Source of the DNA: Antedon mediterranea
Lineage: Eukaryota; Animalia; Echinodermata
NCBI RefSeq assembly: GCF_964355755.1
Contig: NC_092679.1
Location: 8,090,201 to 8,154,200 of the forward strand
Reading direction: 5' to 3'
DNA: 64,000 bases
Below the pieces are notes generated by a model. The model was not told the origin of the DNA and searched no databases. It saw nothing but the letters and a program-made list of their open reading frames with translations. Both the position numbers and the translations under genes were made by a program. Below are positions 61,582-64,000 of this stretch, one piece after another. Positions within the stretch are counted from its first letter, which is position 1, and each line of letters begins with the position of its first letter.

Positions 61582-64000
61582 TCACGTCTTTATACTGACA
61601 GTCTTTGCATCTTCCCGAAATTGCACGGTTATGTAGTTATTAGGTTGTTGCAAGATTATTATAGAGCAATCGATTTTGAATCCATCTTCATCATTCAACT
61701 AACACCAGTAATGCATACAGCAATTTGCAGAGCCTTTTTTTGCTGCACGCCAATATAGGATCAGTCCATTTTATTCACAGGGAACCTCAAAATGGTTATT
61801 GAGACGCGAAGGTACACAGTTAATGTGTATATCACTGCATTCAGTTTTCTGATAATTTACTATTGGTAATTATGCAATATTTAATGGTATTGACGATTAT
61901 GAGGATCGCGATAAATTAATAATACAATTTTGTTGAATTCGATCTATTTAATACCGTAAGCTACTGTATTATCAATTAAATAATACAAAAACATGAAGGT
62001 CATTTCTGAACTTAACTTGTAAATTTGAGAAAGGTTTAATTCAGAATTTCATAATTTGAAAACAGAATGAATGGCGACGCCTGCATGACATATTACCGAG
62101 TTTTGGGGAAGATTTCCAGTTTACTTTTGACACCTATTCTTCGTAGTATTCTTCAAATTTACCCGTCAATCACAGTCTTGCTGACCGTGAATTCCGTGAT
62201 GAATAAATAATAAGGTGAAGCTTCATATTGTTCAGTATCACTCTCCCTTATGCCAACATATTCACGTTAAATCGATTTGATGGATATTTGATGGCTGGAT
62301 AATCTAATCATGATATTAGAATTGAATATCAGGTGATCTAAACGATCGGAAAAATAAAACAAAAATTAACTAGTTTCAGTTATAATTGTTATTGTTTATA
62401 TTGTTTATTGCCAAGTAAGTTCTATTTGGTAATTCGTGCTCGGAGGCAAACTGAGGACAACCGTTACTAGGATATTCATTTTATTTTCAAATTATTTTAT
62501 TATGTTTTCGATTTTCAAATGCATATAGGCCTAACATGACTTAACAATGTGGACATGACTTCTCTCTCTCAATATCATTATATCCTCGTTTGCTTTTGTG
62601 CTCTTTGTTATTTTCTATATTTTGGACCTATTATTGAATCGTTTTAATAAATTGGATATTGATAAACACTTCAATTGCTATACCCTTTTGCACCTGTGTT
62701 CTGGTGGGTCAAAAGTTTAACAAGCGTCTACAGGCGACACATGACGCATCCAATCGGGAGTCTATGTATCCGGTATATTATAAATGTTTATTTCTGGTAA
62801 TTTCCAATGATTACATTTAAGCATCTCAATAAATATTATATTGAAACTAAAATGTATTGTATTGGTGGAAAGTTTGATTTGGTGTTTTTGGGTATTTTCT
62901 TAGTCTATCCTGATTGGTAGAAAGTGTATTGCAAATTTCTTGAAGCCAGAATATTAGTCAGAAATTAATTTTTTTTGTGACAACAGAATAAAGTGAATTA
63001 AGATTAAGATTTGTTTTAGCATCTCGGACGGTCCAAACAAGAAATCTCCGGGTACTGGTGTTGACTTCAACCATGTTTAGTAAAGTTTAATTTGATTTAA
63101 TTTAATTCTGGGAGAAACTAGCAAAATAGTTTGATAAAATGTCTCTAAATCTATCTCCGGCTTCAGCGAAATCGTCTCATTCACGATTTCCTTAATCTCA
63201 TTGACTTATATTAGTTTTGTATTTTTAAACTCTTCACAAAACAGGTATGTATGGCTTTAACGTTAATAATGATTAATTTCTTGCCTAAAACGGCAATGAA
63301 AATTAAATGTCTTTGATAGTGAATTGCAGGCACTACACATAAATTTAATAAGCTGGTGTTTTTGAAATAATATGTTTCATGAAAAAATATCACTAAATAA
63401 TATTCCCTTCCAAGGCGACTAAATTTAATCAATCAATAAGTATATCACCAACGAGAAATTGGTCAATGGAAATAAACTACAAACAATCAATCAATCATAT
63501 TATTTATCTACTTGAACCAAGTTTGTTGTATTAAACGTGACTGTTATGAGGGTTGTTGTTTTGATGAGCAAATAGTATACCTTTCATGATTTGCATACCT
63601 CGAAGACTACACGCATTAGGCCTATGTATTGTTTAAATTCTCATTCAATACATGTAACTAATAGTTTAACCTTGTGTTTTCCTTACCCTTATTCCCAGAA
63701 GAGATCAAGTATACCACTGAAGAATAATTTCGTGGACGAATCCAATACAGGGTTCGTTAGTCGTAAGGCGGCGCATGTCATCTTCAGATACATTTACAAT
63801 TGATATATTGGAATATACAATTTCATATCTTGGCCTGTGTATCGTAAACAACAAATGATAGACACGAACATTTTTTTTTTTTTTTGTATAATAAATTAAA
63901 TAATAATAAAGATAAATAGAAGCTATATAGTTTGGCGTTCTGGAGGACGCCCTCTTTATCGTCACACAATTTTTATGTTCCAACGACTAAAATTAAATCA

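Overview
AT-rich, intron-containing animal genomic DNA (probably a marine invertebrate; inferred, not shown). I assembled the host genes by hand from GT-AG exons whose phases chain correctly. They are the last two exons of UBXN1 (+), FIBP (-, 10 exons), a monomeric-sarcosine-oxidase-type FAD amine oxidase ending in the peroxisomal signal SKL (-, 8 exons over 28.8 kb), a 2-aminoethylphosphonate transaminase phnW (-, 8 exons) directly upstream of it, a CD68/LAMP-family gene (+, 7 exons) and an unidentified 288-aa ORF (-). Most of the rest is transposons. The last oxidase intron (19.7 kb) is almost entirely one foldback element with inverted satellite arms. It contains a young Gypsy element, itself interrupted by a MULE and a hAT-like element. 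Elsewhere there is an integrase-only LTR element, RTE/CR1/Rex1 LINEs, MITEs and four tiny palindromes with 7-bp TSDs that resemble P-element excision scars. Top hypothesis: the tandem phnW + N-methyl-amine oxidase pair is an animal module for N-methyl-aminoethylphosphonate metabolism. Coordinates were counted by eye, and TE edges without TSDs are approximate.
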